Shown here: positions 32,205 through 44,899 of the stretch, piece after piece
How positions within the stretch are numbered: the first letter of the stretch is position 1
Layout of the letters: the number at the start of each line of letters is the position of its first letter
Assembly (NCBI RefSeq): GCF_009914755.1
Contig: NC_060929.1
From: the human T2T-CHM13v2.0 reference genome, Homo sapiens
Length of the DNA: 64,000 bases
Reading direction: 5' to 3' (one strand)
Notes under the pieces: generated by a model
The model's input: the letters and a program-made list of their open reading frames with translations, nothing else
Told to the model about the DNA's origin: nothing
Databases searched by the model: none
Program-made: the position numbers and the translations under genes

Positions 32205-35200
32205 CTATTTTTTAATTAACAAATAAAATTATATATATTATGCACAGCATTTTATTTTAGAAATATGTATACATTATGGAATGACACGAGCTAATTAGCG
32301 TATGTATTACCTGACATACTTATCATTTTTTTAATGTACATGATCTTATTTTATTTTATTTTTTATTTTAAGTTCTGGGATACATGTGCAGAACATGCAG
32401 GTTTGTTATGTAGGTCTACATGTGCCATGGTAGTTTGCTGTACTTATTGACCCATCATCTAGGTTTCCTCCCCTTGCCCTGCACCCCCCCAACAGGTCCC
32501 AGCATGTCTTGTTCCCCTCCCTGTGTCCATATGTTCTCATTGTTTAGCTCCCACTTATGAGGGAGGACATATGATGTTTGGCTTTTTGTTCCAGTGTTAC
32601 TTTGCTGAGGATGATGGCTTCCAGCTTCATCCATGTCCCTGCAAAGGACATGATCTTATTCCTTTTTATGGCTGCATAGTATTCCATGGTGTATATATAC
32701 CACATTTTCTTTATCCAGTCTATCACTGATGGGCATTTGGGTTAGTTTCATGTCTTTGCTATTGTGAATAGTGCTGTACTAAACATATGTGTGCATGTGT
32801 CTTTATAGTAGAATGGTTTATATTCTTTTGGGTATATACTCAGTAATGGGATTGCTGGCTCAAATGGTATTTCTGGTTCTAGATCCTTGAGGAATCACCA
32901 CATTGTCTTCCACAATAGTAGAACCAATTTACACTCCTACCAACAGTGTAAAACTGTTCCTATTTCTCCACAGCCTCGCCAGCATCTATTGTTTCCTGAC
33001 TTTCTAATAATCGCCATTCCGACTGGTGTGAGATGGTATCTCATTGTGGTTTTGGTTTGGATTTCTTTAATGATCGGGGATGTTGAGCTTTTTTTCATGT
33101 TTGTTGGCTGCACAATGTCTTCTTTTGAAAAGTGTCTTTTCATATCCTTTGCTCACTTTTTGATGGCCTTGTTTTTTTCTTGTAAATTTGTTTAAGTTCC
33201 TTGCAGATTCTGGATATTAGTCCTTTGTCAGATGGGTAGATTGCAAAAATTTTCTCCCATTCTGTACATTGCCTGTTCAATCTGATGATAGTTTCTTTTG
33301 CTGTGCAGAAGCTCTTTAGTTTAAGTAGATTCCGCCTGTCAATTTTGGCTTTTGTTGCAATTGTTTTTGGCATTTTAGTCATGAAGTCCTTGCCCATGCC
33401 TATGTCCTGAATGGTATTGCCTAGGTTTTCTTCTAGGGATTTTATGGTTTTGGGTTTTCCATTTAAGTCTTTAATCCATCTTGAGTTAATTTTTGTATAA
33501 GGTGTAAGGGAGGGGTCCAGTTTCTATTTTCTGCATATGGCTAGCCAGTTTTCCCAGAACCATTTATTGAATAGGAAATCCTTTCAACATTGCTTATTTT
33601 TGTCAGGTTTGTTGAAGATCACATGGTTTTAGATATGTCTTGTTATTTCTGGTGTCTCTGTTCTGTTCCATAGGTCTATATGTCTGTTTTGTTACCAGAA
33701 CCATGCTGTTTTTGTTACTGTAGCCTTGTTGTTTAGTTTGAAGTCAGCTCACGTGATGCCTCTGGCTTTGTTCTTTTTGCTTAGAATTGTCTTGGCTATA
33801 GGGGCTCTTCTTTGGTTCCGTAAGAAATTTAAAGTAGTTTGTTCTAATTCTGTGAAGAATGTCAATGGTAGTTTGATGGGAATAGCATTGAATCTGTAAA
33901 TTACTTTGGGCAGTATGGCCATTTTCATGATATTGTTTCTTCCTATCCATAAGGATGAAATGTTTTTCAATTTGTTTGTGTCCTCTCTTATTTTCTTGAG
34001 CAGAGGTTTGTAGTTCTCCTTGAAGAAGTCCTTCACATCCCTTGTTAGGTGTCTTTCTAGGTATTTTATTCTCTTTGTAGGAATTGTGAATGGGAGTTCA
34101 TTTATGATTTGGCTCTCTGCTTGTCTATTGTGGCTATATAGGAATGCTTGTGATTTTTGCACAATGATTTTGTATCCTGAGACTTTGCTAAAGTTGCTTA
34201 TCAGTTCAAGGAGTTTTTGGGCTGAGATGATGGGGTTTTCTAAATAAAGAATCATGTTGTCTGCAAACAGAGACAATTTGACATCCTTTCTTTCTATTTG
34301 AATACACTTTATCACTTTATCTTGCCTGATTGCCCCGGCCAGAACTTCCAATACTATGTTGAATAGGAGTAGTGAGAGAAGGTATCCTTGTCTTGTATCC
34401 GCTTTCAAAGGGGATGTTTCCAGCTTTTGTTCATTCAATATGATATTGGCTGTGCATTTGTCATAAATAGCTCTTATTATTTTGAGATATGTTCCACAAA
34501 TACCAAACTGTTTATTGAGAGTTTTCAACATGAAAGGATGTTGAATTTTATCAAAGGGCTTTACTGCATCTATTGAGATAATCATATGGTTTTCGTATTT
34601 CGTTCTGTTTATGTGATGGATTACATTTATTGATTTGCGTATGTTGACCCAGCCTTGCATCCCAGGGATGAAGCTGACTTGATCATGGTGGATAAGTTTT
34701 TGGATGTGCTGCTGGATTCAGTTTGCCAGTATTTTATTGAGGATTTTCGCATCAATGTTGGCCTGAAGTTTTCTATTTTTGTTGTGTCTCTGCCACGTTT
34801 TGGTATCAGGATGATGCTGGCCTTATAAAATGATTTGGGTAGGAGTCCTTCCTTTTCAATTGTTTGGAATAGTTTCAGAAGGAATGGTACCAGCTCCTCT
34901 TTGTACCTCTTGTAGAATTTGGCTGTGAATCCATCTGGTCCAGGGCTTTTTTTGTTTGTTAGGCTGTTAATTACTGCTTCATTTCAGAACTTGCTCTTGG
35001 TCTATTCAGGGATTTGACTTCTTCCTGGTTTAGTCTTAGGAGGGTGTATGTGTTCAGGCATTTATCCAGTTCTTCTAGATTTTCTAGTTTATTTGCATAG
35101 AGGTGTTTACAGTATTCTCTGATGGTAGTTTTTATTTCCATGGGGTCTGTGGTGCTATCCCCTTTATCAGTTTTTTATTGTCTCTTTTTGATTGTTCTCT

Positions 35201-38200
35201 CTTTCTTCTTTATTAGTCTAGCTAGTGGTCTATCTATTTTGTTAATTTTTTCAAAATCCAGCTCCTGGATTAATTTGTTTGGCCAGGGGTGGTGAGGTGT
35301 TGTGTCTCTATCGCCTTCAATTCTGCACTGATGTTAGTTATTTCTTGTATTCTGCTAGCTTTTGGATTTGTTTGTGCTTGGTTCTCTAGTTCTTTTAGTT
35401 GTGATGTTAGAATGTCAATTTGAGACCTTTCTAGCTTTTCAATGTGGACATTTAGTAGTATAAATTTCCCTCGTAACACTGCTTTAGTGATGTCCCAGAG
35501 ATTCGGGTACATTGTCTCTTTGTTCTCATTGGTTTCAAAGAGCTTCTTGATTTCTGCCTTAATTTCATTATTTACCTAGGAGTCATTCAGGAGCAGATTG
35601 TTCAATTTCCATGTAATTGTGTGGTTTCGAGTGAGTTTCTTCATCCTGAGTTGTAATTTGATTGCACTGTGGTCTGAGAGAATGTTGGTTATGATTTCTG
35701 TTCTTTTGCACTTGCTGAGGAGTGTTTTACTTCCAATTATGTGGTCAATTTTAGAATATGTGCCATGTGGCACTGAGAAGAATGTATATCCTGTTGATTT
35801 GGGGTGGAAAGTTTGGTAGATGTCTATTAAGACCACTTGATCCGAGGCTGAGTTCAAGTCCTGAATATCCTTGTTAATTTTCTGTCTGGTTGATCCAATA
35901 TTGACAGTGAGGTGTTAAAGCCTCCCACTATTATTGTGTGGGAGTCTAAGTCTCTTTGTATGCCTCTAATAATTTGTTTTATGAATCTGGGTGCTCCTGT
36001 ATTGGGTGTGTATATACTTAGGATAATTAGCTCTTCTTGTTGAATTTATTCCTTTACCATTATGTAATGTACTTCTTTGTCTTTTTTGATCTTTGTTGGT
36101 TTAAAGTATTTTGTCAGAGACTAGGATTGCAACCCCTGCTTTTTTTTGCTTTCCATTTGCTTGGTAAATTTTCCTCCATCTCTTTATTTTGAGCCTATGT
36201 ATGTCTTTGCATGTGAGATGGGTCCCCTGAATACAGCATACCAATGGGTCTTGACTCTTAATCTAATTTGCCAATCTGTGTCTTTTAATTGGGGCATTTG
36301 GCCCATCTACATTTAAGTTTCATGTTGTTATGTGTGAATTTGATCCTGTCATCATGATGCTATCTGGTTATTTTGCACACTAGTTGATGCAATATCTTCA
36401 TAGTGTCATTGGTCTTTATATTTTGGTGTGTTTTTGCAGTGGAAGGTACCAGTTTTTTCTTTCCACATTTAGTGCTACCTTTAGGAGCTCTTGCAAAGCA
36501 GGCCTCATGGTGATGAAATTCCTCAGCATTTGCTTGTCTGGAAATTTTATTTCTCCTTTACTTATGAAGTTAGTTTGGCTGGATATGAAATTCTGGATTG
36601 AAAATTCTTTTCTTTAAGAATGTTGAAAATTGGCTCCCACCCTCTTCTGGCTTGTAAGGTTTCTGCTGAGAGTCCACTGTTAGTCTTGGGGCTTCCCTTT
36701 GTAGGTGACCTTGCCTTTCTCTCTGGCTGCCCTTAACATTTTTTCCTTCATTTTGACGTTGGAGAATGTGATGATTATACGTCTTGGGGTTGATCTTCTC
36801 ATGGAGTATCTTAGGGGTGTTCTCTGTATTTCCTGAATTTGAATGTTGACCTGTCTTGCTAGGTTGGGGAAGTTCTCCTAGATAATATCCTGAAGTGTGT
36901 TTTCCAGCTTATTTCCATTCTCCCAATCTCTTTCAGGTATTCCAATCAATGGTATGTTTGGTCTTTTTACATAGTCCCATATTTCTCAGAGGCTTTGTTT
37001 GTTCCTTTTCATTCTTTTTTCTCTAATCTTGTCTGCATGCCTTATTTCAGCAAGGTGGTTTTCAAACTCTGATACCCTTTTTTCTGCTTGGTCAATTCAG
37101 CTATTGATACTTGTGTATGCTTCACAAAGTTCTCATGCTGTGTTTTTCGCTCCATCAGGTCATTTACATTCCTCTCTAAATTGGTTATTCTAGGTAGCAG
37201 CTCCTCTAACCTTTTATCAAGGTTTTTAGCTTCTTTGCATTGGGTTAGAACATACTCCTTTAACTCAGTGGAGTTTGTTATTACCCATCTTCTGAAGCCT
37301 ACTTCTGTCAATTCATGCATCAGATCCTCCATCCAGTTCTGCGCCCTTGCTAGAAAGGTGTTGTGATCATTTGGAGAAGAGGCATTCTGGCCTTTTGGGT
37401 TTTCAGTGGCTTTTTTGGTTGATTCTTTCTCATCTTCATGAGTTTGTCTAATTTCAATCTTTGAGGCTGTTGGCCCTTGGATGGGGTTTTTATGGGGACT
37501 TTTTATGTTATTGATGCTGTTGTTGTTGCTTTCTGTTTTTCTTTCAATGGTCAGGTCCCTTTTCTGTAGGGCTGCTGCAGTTCGCTGGGGGTTCACTTCA
37601 GGCCCTATTTATTTGGTTCACTCTCACAACTGGAGATGTCACTCAAGGGGGCTGGAGAACAACAAAGACGGGTACCTGCTCCTTCCTCTGGGATCTCTGG
37701 CTGCAAGGGACTTCAAACTGATGCCAGTATGATCATTCCTGGATAGGGTGTCTGACAACCCTTGTTGGAGGGTTTCACCCTGTTGGGTGGCACAGGGAAC
37801 AAGACCCAGTTAACGAAGCACTTTGACTGTGATTTGGTGGAGGAAGTGTGCTTCGCTGGGGGGAACCCACTTATCTGGGCTGTCTGGATTCCTCAGAACT
37901 ACCAGGAGGAAAGGCTAAGTCTGCTGGTCTGCAGAGACTGAGGCCACCCTTCTCCCTAGAGGCTCAGGCCCAGGGAGATGAGAAATCTGTCCCTGAGCCC
38001 CTGGCTGGAATTGTTGGAGTTTCTTCAGGGAGGCCTCACCCAGTGAAAAGGGATGGGTCAGGATCAGGCCTGAAGAGGCATTCTGGTCACAGTCTGCCAC
38101 AGCCAGTGTATTGGCCTGTGTGGGACACCTCATGGGACCAAGCCATCCAGTCTCCTTGGCTCCAGCAGGGGAAAAGGGTGGCCTGGAGCTATAGAGATAG

Positions 38201-39300
38201 CTGCCCCCCTTCTTCCACCCAGGGAGGTTAGCATGTTAGGCAGCTATCAGTCCCAGTGCTGGGTGCTGCCCCTCCCCCAAGGAGCTCAAAGGGCTTAGAC
38301 AACAGGCAGCCACAGCTGTGGTGCTCATTGCCTCTCCCCCTGGGAACTTGGCAGGCTTAAGCAGATTCTAGCTGAGATGCTGTTGAGAATATGTGTGCCT
38401 CTGGGGTTGGGACCCTAGGCCCCAGTGACATGGGTTCACGAGTGGGATCTTCCAATCCATGGGTTGCACATTTCCATGGAAAAAGCACAGTTTCCCTGGC
38501 TGGGTAGAACACTCACTCACCACCTCCCTTGGCTGGGGGTTGGAGGCTCCCCTCCCTTGTGTGTCCCTCAGGTCAGCTGCTGCACCACACCTTTCTTCCT
38601 TCTTTTCCATGGGTTACACCAGCCACCTAGTCAGTTCTGGTGAGAGAACCTGGATACCTCAGTTGCTTCTGCAGGATTCACATGCTATTATGGTTCTTTT
38701 TGATGGGGGCCTCCAATCGCCACTGCTTCTAGTCAGCCATCTTCGCCCTGCCCCAATGTCATACTTATTTTTTGTGATGAGAACCTTAAAATATACTCTT
38801 TTAGCAATTTTTAAGAATATAATACATTGTTATTATAGTCACCATGTTGTACAATAGATCTCTTGAACTTACTTCTCCTGTCTAACTGAAATTTTGTATC
38901 TTGTGACCAACATCTCACTGACCCCTCCCCATCCACCCCTGATAGCCATTTTTCTCTCTAGTTCCATTAGTTCAAGTATTTTAGATTCCACATGTAAATG
39001 ACATCATGCAATATTTGCCTTTCTGTGGCTGGCTTAATTCACTTAATATAATGTTTATATATTACATTCTCCAGTTTCATCCTTGTTGTTCCAAATGGCA
39101 GGATTTTTTTCTGTTTAAATGATGAATAGTATTCCGTTGTGGATATATACCATGTTTTCTTTATCCATTCATCCACTGGACACTTAGGTTGACTCCATGT
39201 CTTGACTGTTGTGAATAGCACTGCAATGAATATGGGAGTGCACACACCTCTTTAACACACTGATTTCATTTTCTTTGGATACATTGCCAGTAGTGGGATC
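32205..39300 (-). mobile_element. L1MA (L1MA8-like) 3' fragment split by the full-length L1PA (pieces ~32205-32330 and 38760-39300)
   Basis: 'gctaattagcgtatgtattacctgacatacttatc' continues as 'catacttattttttgtgatgagaacc...'. ORF 39039-39245 (CTPIFIAVLFT...WIKK) is the ORF2 C-terminus. Confidence 0.85.
32333..38754 (-). mobile_element. Full-length LINE-1, L1PA8A/L1PA8-like, inactivated
   Basis: 5'UTR 'ggggcagggcgaagatggctgactagaagcag', ORF1 fragment 37042-37596, RT fragment 33749-34660 (LFADN, YLERHL) and the short 3'UTR form. TSD approximately catacttat(ca)tttttt. Confidence 0.9.
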
Positions 39301-40679
39301 ATATCACTTGGGCCTTCCTAATCTGGTGTCTATAACAGACCTGGGAAGTGTGAGGAGCCTATGCAACATGTGAAATATATGTCAACATTTTTCTGTACAC
39401 CTTGGAATTACAGAGAAACTATAGCAATTTTTATATTCTCAAAGAAGTCCTTCAACCCAAAATAGTTAAGAAATTTAGCCTTAAGTCTTCCCTAGAACAA
39501 TATTATTCATACTCTTTGCACAAGACACAAAAAAATTTAAAGTAGCTAAGTCTGACTCAGTGGAGAAGATTGATTAATCCTTGATTAGCTCTCCAAAGAC
39601 TAAAGAGACATTAGTACACTAAGTAAGAAAATAAATTTGGAATAAAAGTACTGAGAGGAGAAAGGGAACAAAACAGAAACTTAAAATCATTTCTGATGCA
39701 TAAGGAAGAAAATGAACATGAAGGGGAAAGATGCCACTACAGTTAAGGAATTTATCTACCTTAAGTGATTGAGGCAGTTGGGACCATCCTGAAATCTAAT
39801 TAGGGAAAACATAAATGTCTCAAAGTACAGTGAGAAAAATGTAAACACTCGACAAGTTTTCTCAAGGAAGTCATGATAAGTTATTCCACTTCATCACTTG
39901 CACCTTTTTTACTTCTCACTATTGAAAAACACATTTCAATATTGAGATAAAACAGCCTCCCTTCCCTGAAAATACTGAGGAGACATACTGGAAAGCTTGC
40001 AACATCGTAAACCACTGAAGCAGACAATAACCTTTTTTTCCAAAACCAATCTTTGTATGACTGTGCCCAGAGACAAATGTAGAGATGGAAGAAGATGAAG
40101 TTGTCTTTTATGCTTTAATTTTCTGAGGGACTGTATTAAAAAGAATAACTCAACTGTATTCTCATCATCCCTTGTGTTCTCAAACATCTAAATACAGATT
40201 GAATATTTGAGGTACAACCCAGAAAAGGCAATGTGAATATTAATCATATGCAAACAATTGATATTGGAATGAAGCAATATTGTTATAAATTTAACACCAA
40301 AACTTGTCATTCTTGCAGTAAAAGAAAGAAAAACACTGGTTTTCAAATCAATACATTTGATCTTGTAATGATAAATTTCTGAATATATTACAAACCAGAC
40401 TTAATTTTTGTTCCAAGGCCTTTCCTCTGTTCTATTTCTTCATTTCATACTTAGTCTCATAAATCAGTGGTTTCAATTAAGAGTTTTCCAGCATGCATTT
40501 CCTAAAACATATGTATAGACAATATATCACAAATGATTGTGTGAATATGTTTACTATATTTGCCCAGCCAGATCATTTCATGGCTGTCTACAAATGTTAT
40601 ATAGGAAAATAACATAATTTATTATAAATCCTGGCCCTTCTAAAAGTGGGTTATGCTCATTAGGTGCGATGTTTATGTA

Positions 40680-41300
40680 AATACAAGTTTCTAGAGAGCA
40701 GAAATTCTGTCTTTTGAATAATTTGTGCCTACTCTAATCCCACGCATATCTAGGCACTTAACATTATTCAATGAGACATAATAATATAATAATGCCATCT
40801 TATTGATATTCATCTATTTTTTACACCAACGCTTTTTCAGCTACTTGTTAGACAATTTCAATGAGAACATTTTTGTAAATTCAAAACCTGAAAGAAAAGC
40901 TCAATTCAACTTATCTAATATTGGGATATTTCTATATGTTGAATAATATGTTAAGTGCTATTGAGCTTACAAACGCAATATACGATATTTTATCTGCCCT
41001 CTAGGAGCTTAATAGATTGTTGAAAATACAGAACAAACACAGAGACCAGTTGGAAAACAACACAAACTAGTATAATCAAATGTTAAATGTGAGATAAAAA
41101 CAATAAATTCCTGAGAATTCAGAACAAAGATACATCTCCATGAGTAAAATAAATTGAGATAGGTTTCAGGGAAGAGATCAGACAAGAGCTGGCGTTTAAA
41201 AAATAATAAAAAGAGAAATTTAGAAATCTTAGAACATAATCCAAAGAAAGAAATGGAATTAGTAAAACCAGGCAGGCATGGACCTCATGCATAAGGGAGG
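40680..41300. mobile_element. L2 relics (two opposed 3' ends)
   Basis: 'gtttctagagagcagaaattctgtc...taggcacttaacattattcaatga' and 'atctgccctctaggagcttaatag'. Confidence 0.5.
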
Positions 41301-44300
41301 GTAACGAAAATGACTGGAAGAAACAGGCTTTATTCCAGCAAAAGAAAGTACCAAGTTACAGGGTCAATAGGTAACAAAGGACTATAATGGGAATGACTGT
41401 GAGGATTATGTGATAAAAACAAATAAATACGACTTGAAATGGACTCTAATCCTCAGCATGTAAAATGTCACAAAACACCTTTTTGTTTAATGCCAAGAAA
41501 ACTCGTTGTGGAAATTCCATTTTATAACACACTGTTAGTTTTCAATTAAGACTAATTGAAGGGGTAAAAAAATTACTCACGAGCTTTTTCCTATAACTTG
41601 TGCCTGTCTTTGGTGTCTAAAACATCCTTCTCAGACCATGTGCCAGAATCTTTGGAAAGGAACATAATATGCCTAATTGGAAAAGGCTCTGCACGCACCC
41701 TGCTTCAGAAGAGAACCATAGCAGAAGGGCTTTGGAAGACCACATAATGGATCTTTAATCAACAACACACTGCAGGACCGATATATTTTCCTTGCCCAAT
41801 GTGCCTGACATTTAAATGCACAGAGTAGGTCTCTTCCCCCATATCCTGCTATTCTCACAAAACGTATGACTTGAGTTTTATTCTAACTTGCTGCAAAGAA
41901 ACAAAATATCTCAACCAGAAGCAAGCAACTGAAGTTAATTATTGTGACACATGGAAACATAATAAAACCAGGTGTCAAAAAAAATACAGAAACGTCGTAG
42001 GTTTATAGCCTATGTTAACCTTCTGTGGCATAGATTCTGGCATTATCTTCTGGTATTACTATATTCCTTTAAAGAATTTGTAAGTGGAAAGAAAAATTGA
42101 TCCTTAGATTGAAAGGTCATCAGATAGTAATAGACAGACAAGCTCATCTTATTATGTAATGAATGGATATTTTATTAATTGTATATTTTAGTAAAGCATT
42201 CATAGCTTTTGTTTTTATCTTTGTTTATTGTTATGAGCTCAGAACATTCTGGGTTGAAGTATATTTACTAATGCAGGGAAATAAAAATTTACAACATGAC
42301 ACATACTGTGGATACCCAGAAAGTACCACATCTTGATTTGGTGACCACCAGCACAGCCAACAAATGGTCCTGGTAGATACTAGAGACCAAAGAAACAGGA
42401 CTGCTACAGTTTGAATGTCCCCTCCAAAACTTATGATGAAATTTGTCATTGGAACAGAATTATGAGGTGGGGCTTTTAAGAAGTAATTAGGTCTTGGAGG
42501 GAGGTCCACTTTCATGAATAGATTAATGCCATTATCATGGGAGTGGGTGAGTTATCACGGGAGTGGCTTTGTTCTAAAGTTGAGCTCCCACTCACCTGCA
42601 CTTTCTTGCCCTTCACCGTATTTCATTGCAGCAAAAACGTCCTCATCATATGCTGAGCAGATGCCAGTACCATGCTCTTGGACTTCCCAGCTTTCAGAAC
42701 TGTGAGCCAAATATATCACTTTTTAAATAAATTACCTAGCCTATGGTATTCTAGTATAGCAGTAGAAAATAAACTACAATGGTTTGAATGTTTGTCCCCT
42801 CTGAAACTTATGTTAAAACATAACACCCAATGTGGCAGTATTGAGAGGTGAGGCCTTTAAGAGGTGACTAGGATGCTAGGGTTCTGTCCTTATGAATGGA
42901 TTAACACACTTATGGATTAATAGACTCATGGATTAATAGACTAATGTGTTAATAGATTAATGGATTATCATGGGACTGAAACTGGTGACTTTATAAGAGA
43001 AAGAAACTCTACAGAGAGTACCCAACTATAAGAAAGACCTCACCAGAAGTGGGCCCCTGACCTTGAACTTTCGAGCCTCCAGAAATGTTTTTTAAATAAA
43101 TTATTCAAATAAAATATTTTTTAATAAATTACCCAGTTTCAAGTATTCTGTTATAAGCAACCAAAAATGGTCTAACACAGAAAATTGACACTGGGAGTAG
43201 GACATTGCTAATAATGAACATGTGAAAACGGGGATGTCACTTTGCAACTGGATAATGGGTAGAGGCTGGAACAATTTGAAGCAGCTGGTTAGTAAATGCT
43301 CAGATTCTGGTGAGGGCTTGGAAGACAAGACCAGGGAAAGTTTTAAACACTTTAGAGAGTGGTTAAGTGGTCATGATCAGAATGTTGATAGAAATGTGGT
43401 CAGCAGGAAACATTGTGATGAAGTTTTAGGAGAAACTGAGGAAAAAGATATTGGAAAGTCAAGTAAAGGCCATTCTTGTTATAAATTGTCAAAGCACTTA
43501 GCTGGACTCTGTCTGTGACTGAGGTCTTTGTGGAAGTCCAGACTTGAGAAAGATGTACTAGAATATCTGGCACAAAAAAAAATTAAGTAAGGTATAGAAG
43601 GCATTCGTAGTTACCTTTGGCCATTTACACTGAGATACAAGAGCAAAGTAATAATTTAAAGACAGAATTAATAGTTAAAAAGGAAGCAGAGCAGAAAAAT
43701 TTGGAAAACCATTTGACCACAAAAAGAATGAAAAAAATGTTTTCAGGAGAGAAACGGAGTGTAGCTGATGGACCACTTTCTAAGGAGATTAGCAGAGACA
43801 GAAGGCAGCCATGTGCTATTTGTCAAGACAATGGAAGAAATACCCCCAAAGATATTGCCCAGATATTTGAAGATGCCACTCCCATCACAGGCTTAGGAGA
43901 GCAGAATGGTGTCAAGGAACAGCCCCAGAGTACACAGATTCACTTGTCAGGGCCATTTTGGGACTCTGCTACCCACACCCCAGCACAGCAGTTCTGCAGC
44001 TGCCTTAGCCATGGCTCAAGAAGCCTCAGGTGCAGCTCATGCTGCAGCTCCAGAAGGTACAAGTTATAAATTTTGACAACATCCATGTGGTACTAATTCT
44101 GCAGGCTTGCAGAAAGCAAGAGCTATGGAAGATTGACAACTTCCACCCAAATTTCAAAAGATGTTGCTGAAAGCCTAGAGACCCAGGCAGAGCTACTGTA
44201 AAGATCCCTGGTATAATAAAGCAGAGGAGAAATGTGAAGTTGGAGCTGCCACCAAGAGTCCCTGTTAGAGTAATGCCTAAGGAACTCAGGACTACCACTG

Positions 44301-44635
44301 AGATCTCAGAATTATGGAACCACCAGCAGCATGAAACATCTACCAAAGGAAGCCTTAGGCAAAGGACTTTATTCTGCATAAGCAGTCACGTGGGCTGCAC
44401 CAAGCAAAGCCCATAGGACTGCCTAAGGCCTTGGGGGCCCAAACCCCATCCCAGTGTGTCCAGAAGGTGACACATGGAGTCAAAAGAAATCATTCCCCAG
44501 CTTAAAGATTTAATGTCTGTCCTACTCAGTTTCTAACATGCTTGAGCTTGTTACTCATTTCTCTTTGCCTATTCCTCCCTGTTAAAATAGAAGTGTCTGT
44601 CTTATGCCTGAACCACTACTGTATGTTGGAAGTTA

Positions 44636-44815
<180 letters not shown>

Positions 44816-44899
44816 CTAGTCTTGATTTCACAGGCTCACAGATGGGATTCTGAACTTTGGACTTTTGAGTTGGGGCTAGTATTAGTTAAGACTTTGGGG

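Noticed and set aside
39936-40187. 83-aa minus-strand ORF preceded by an AG
   Set aside because: Weak polypyrimidine tract, no convincing donor and no recognisable homology.
43222-44416. ORFs as a domesticated gag-like gene
   Set aside because: They are fragmented MaLR internal ORF remnants with stops and frameshifts.
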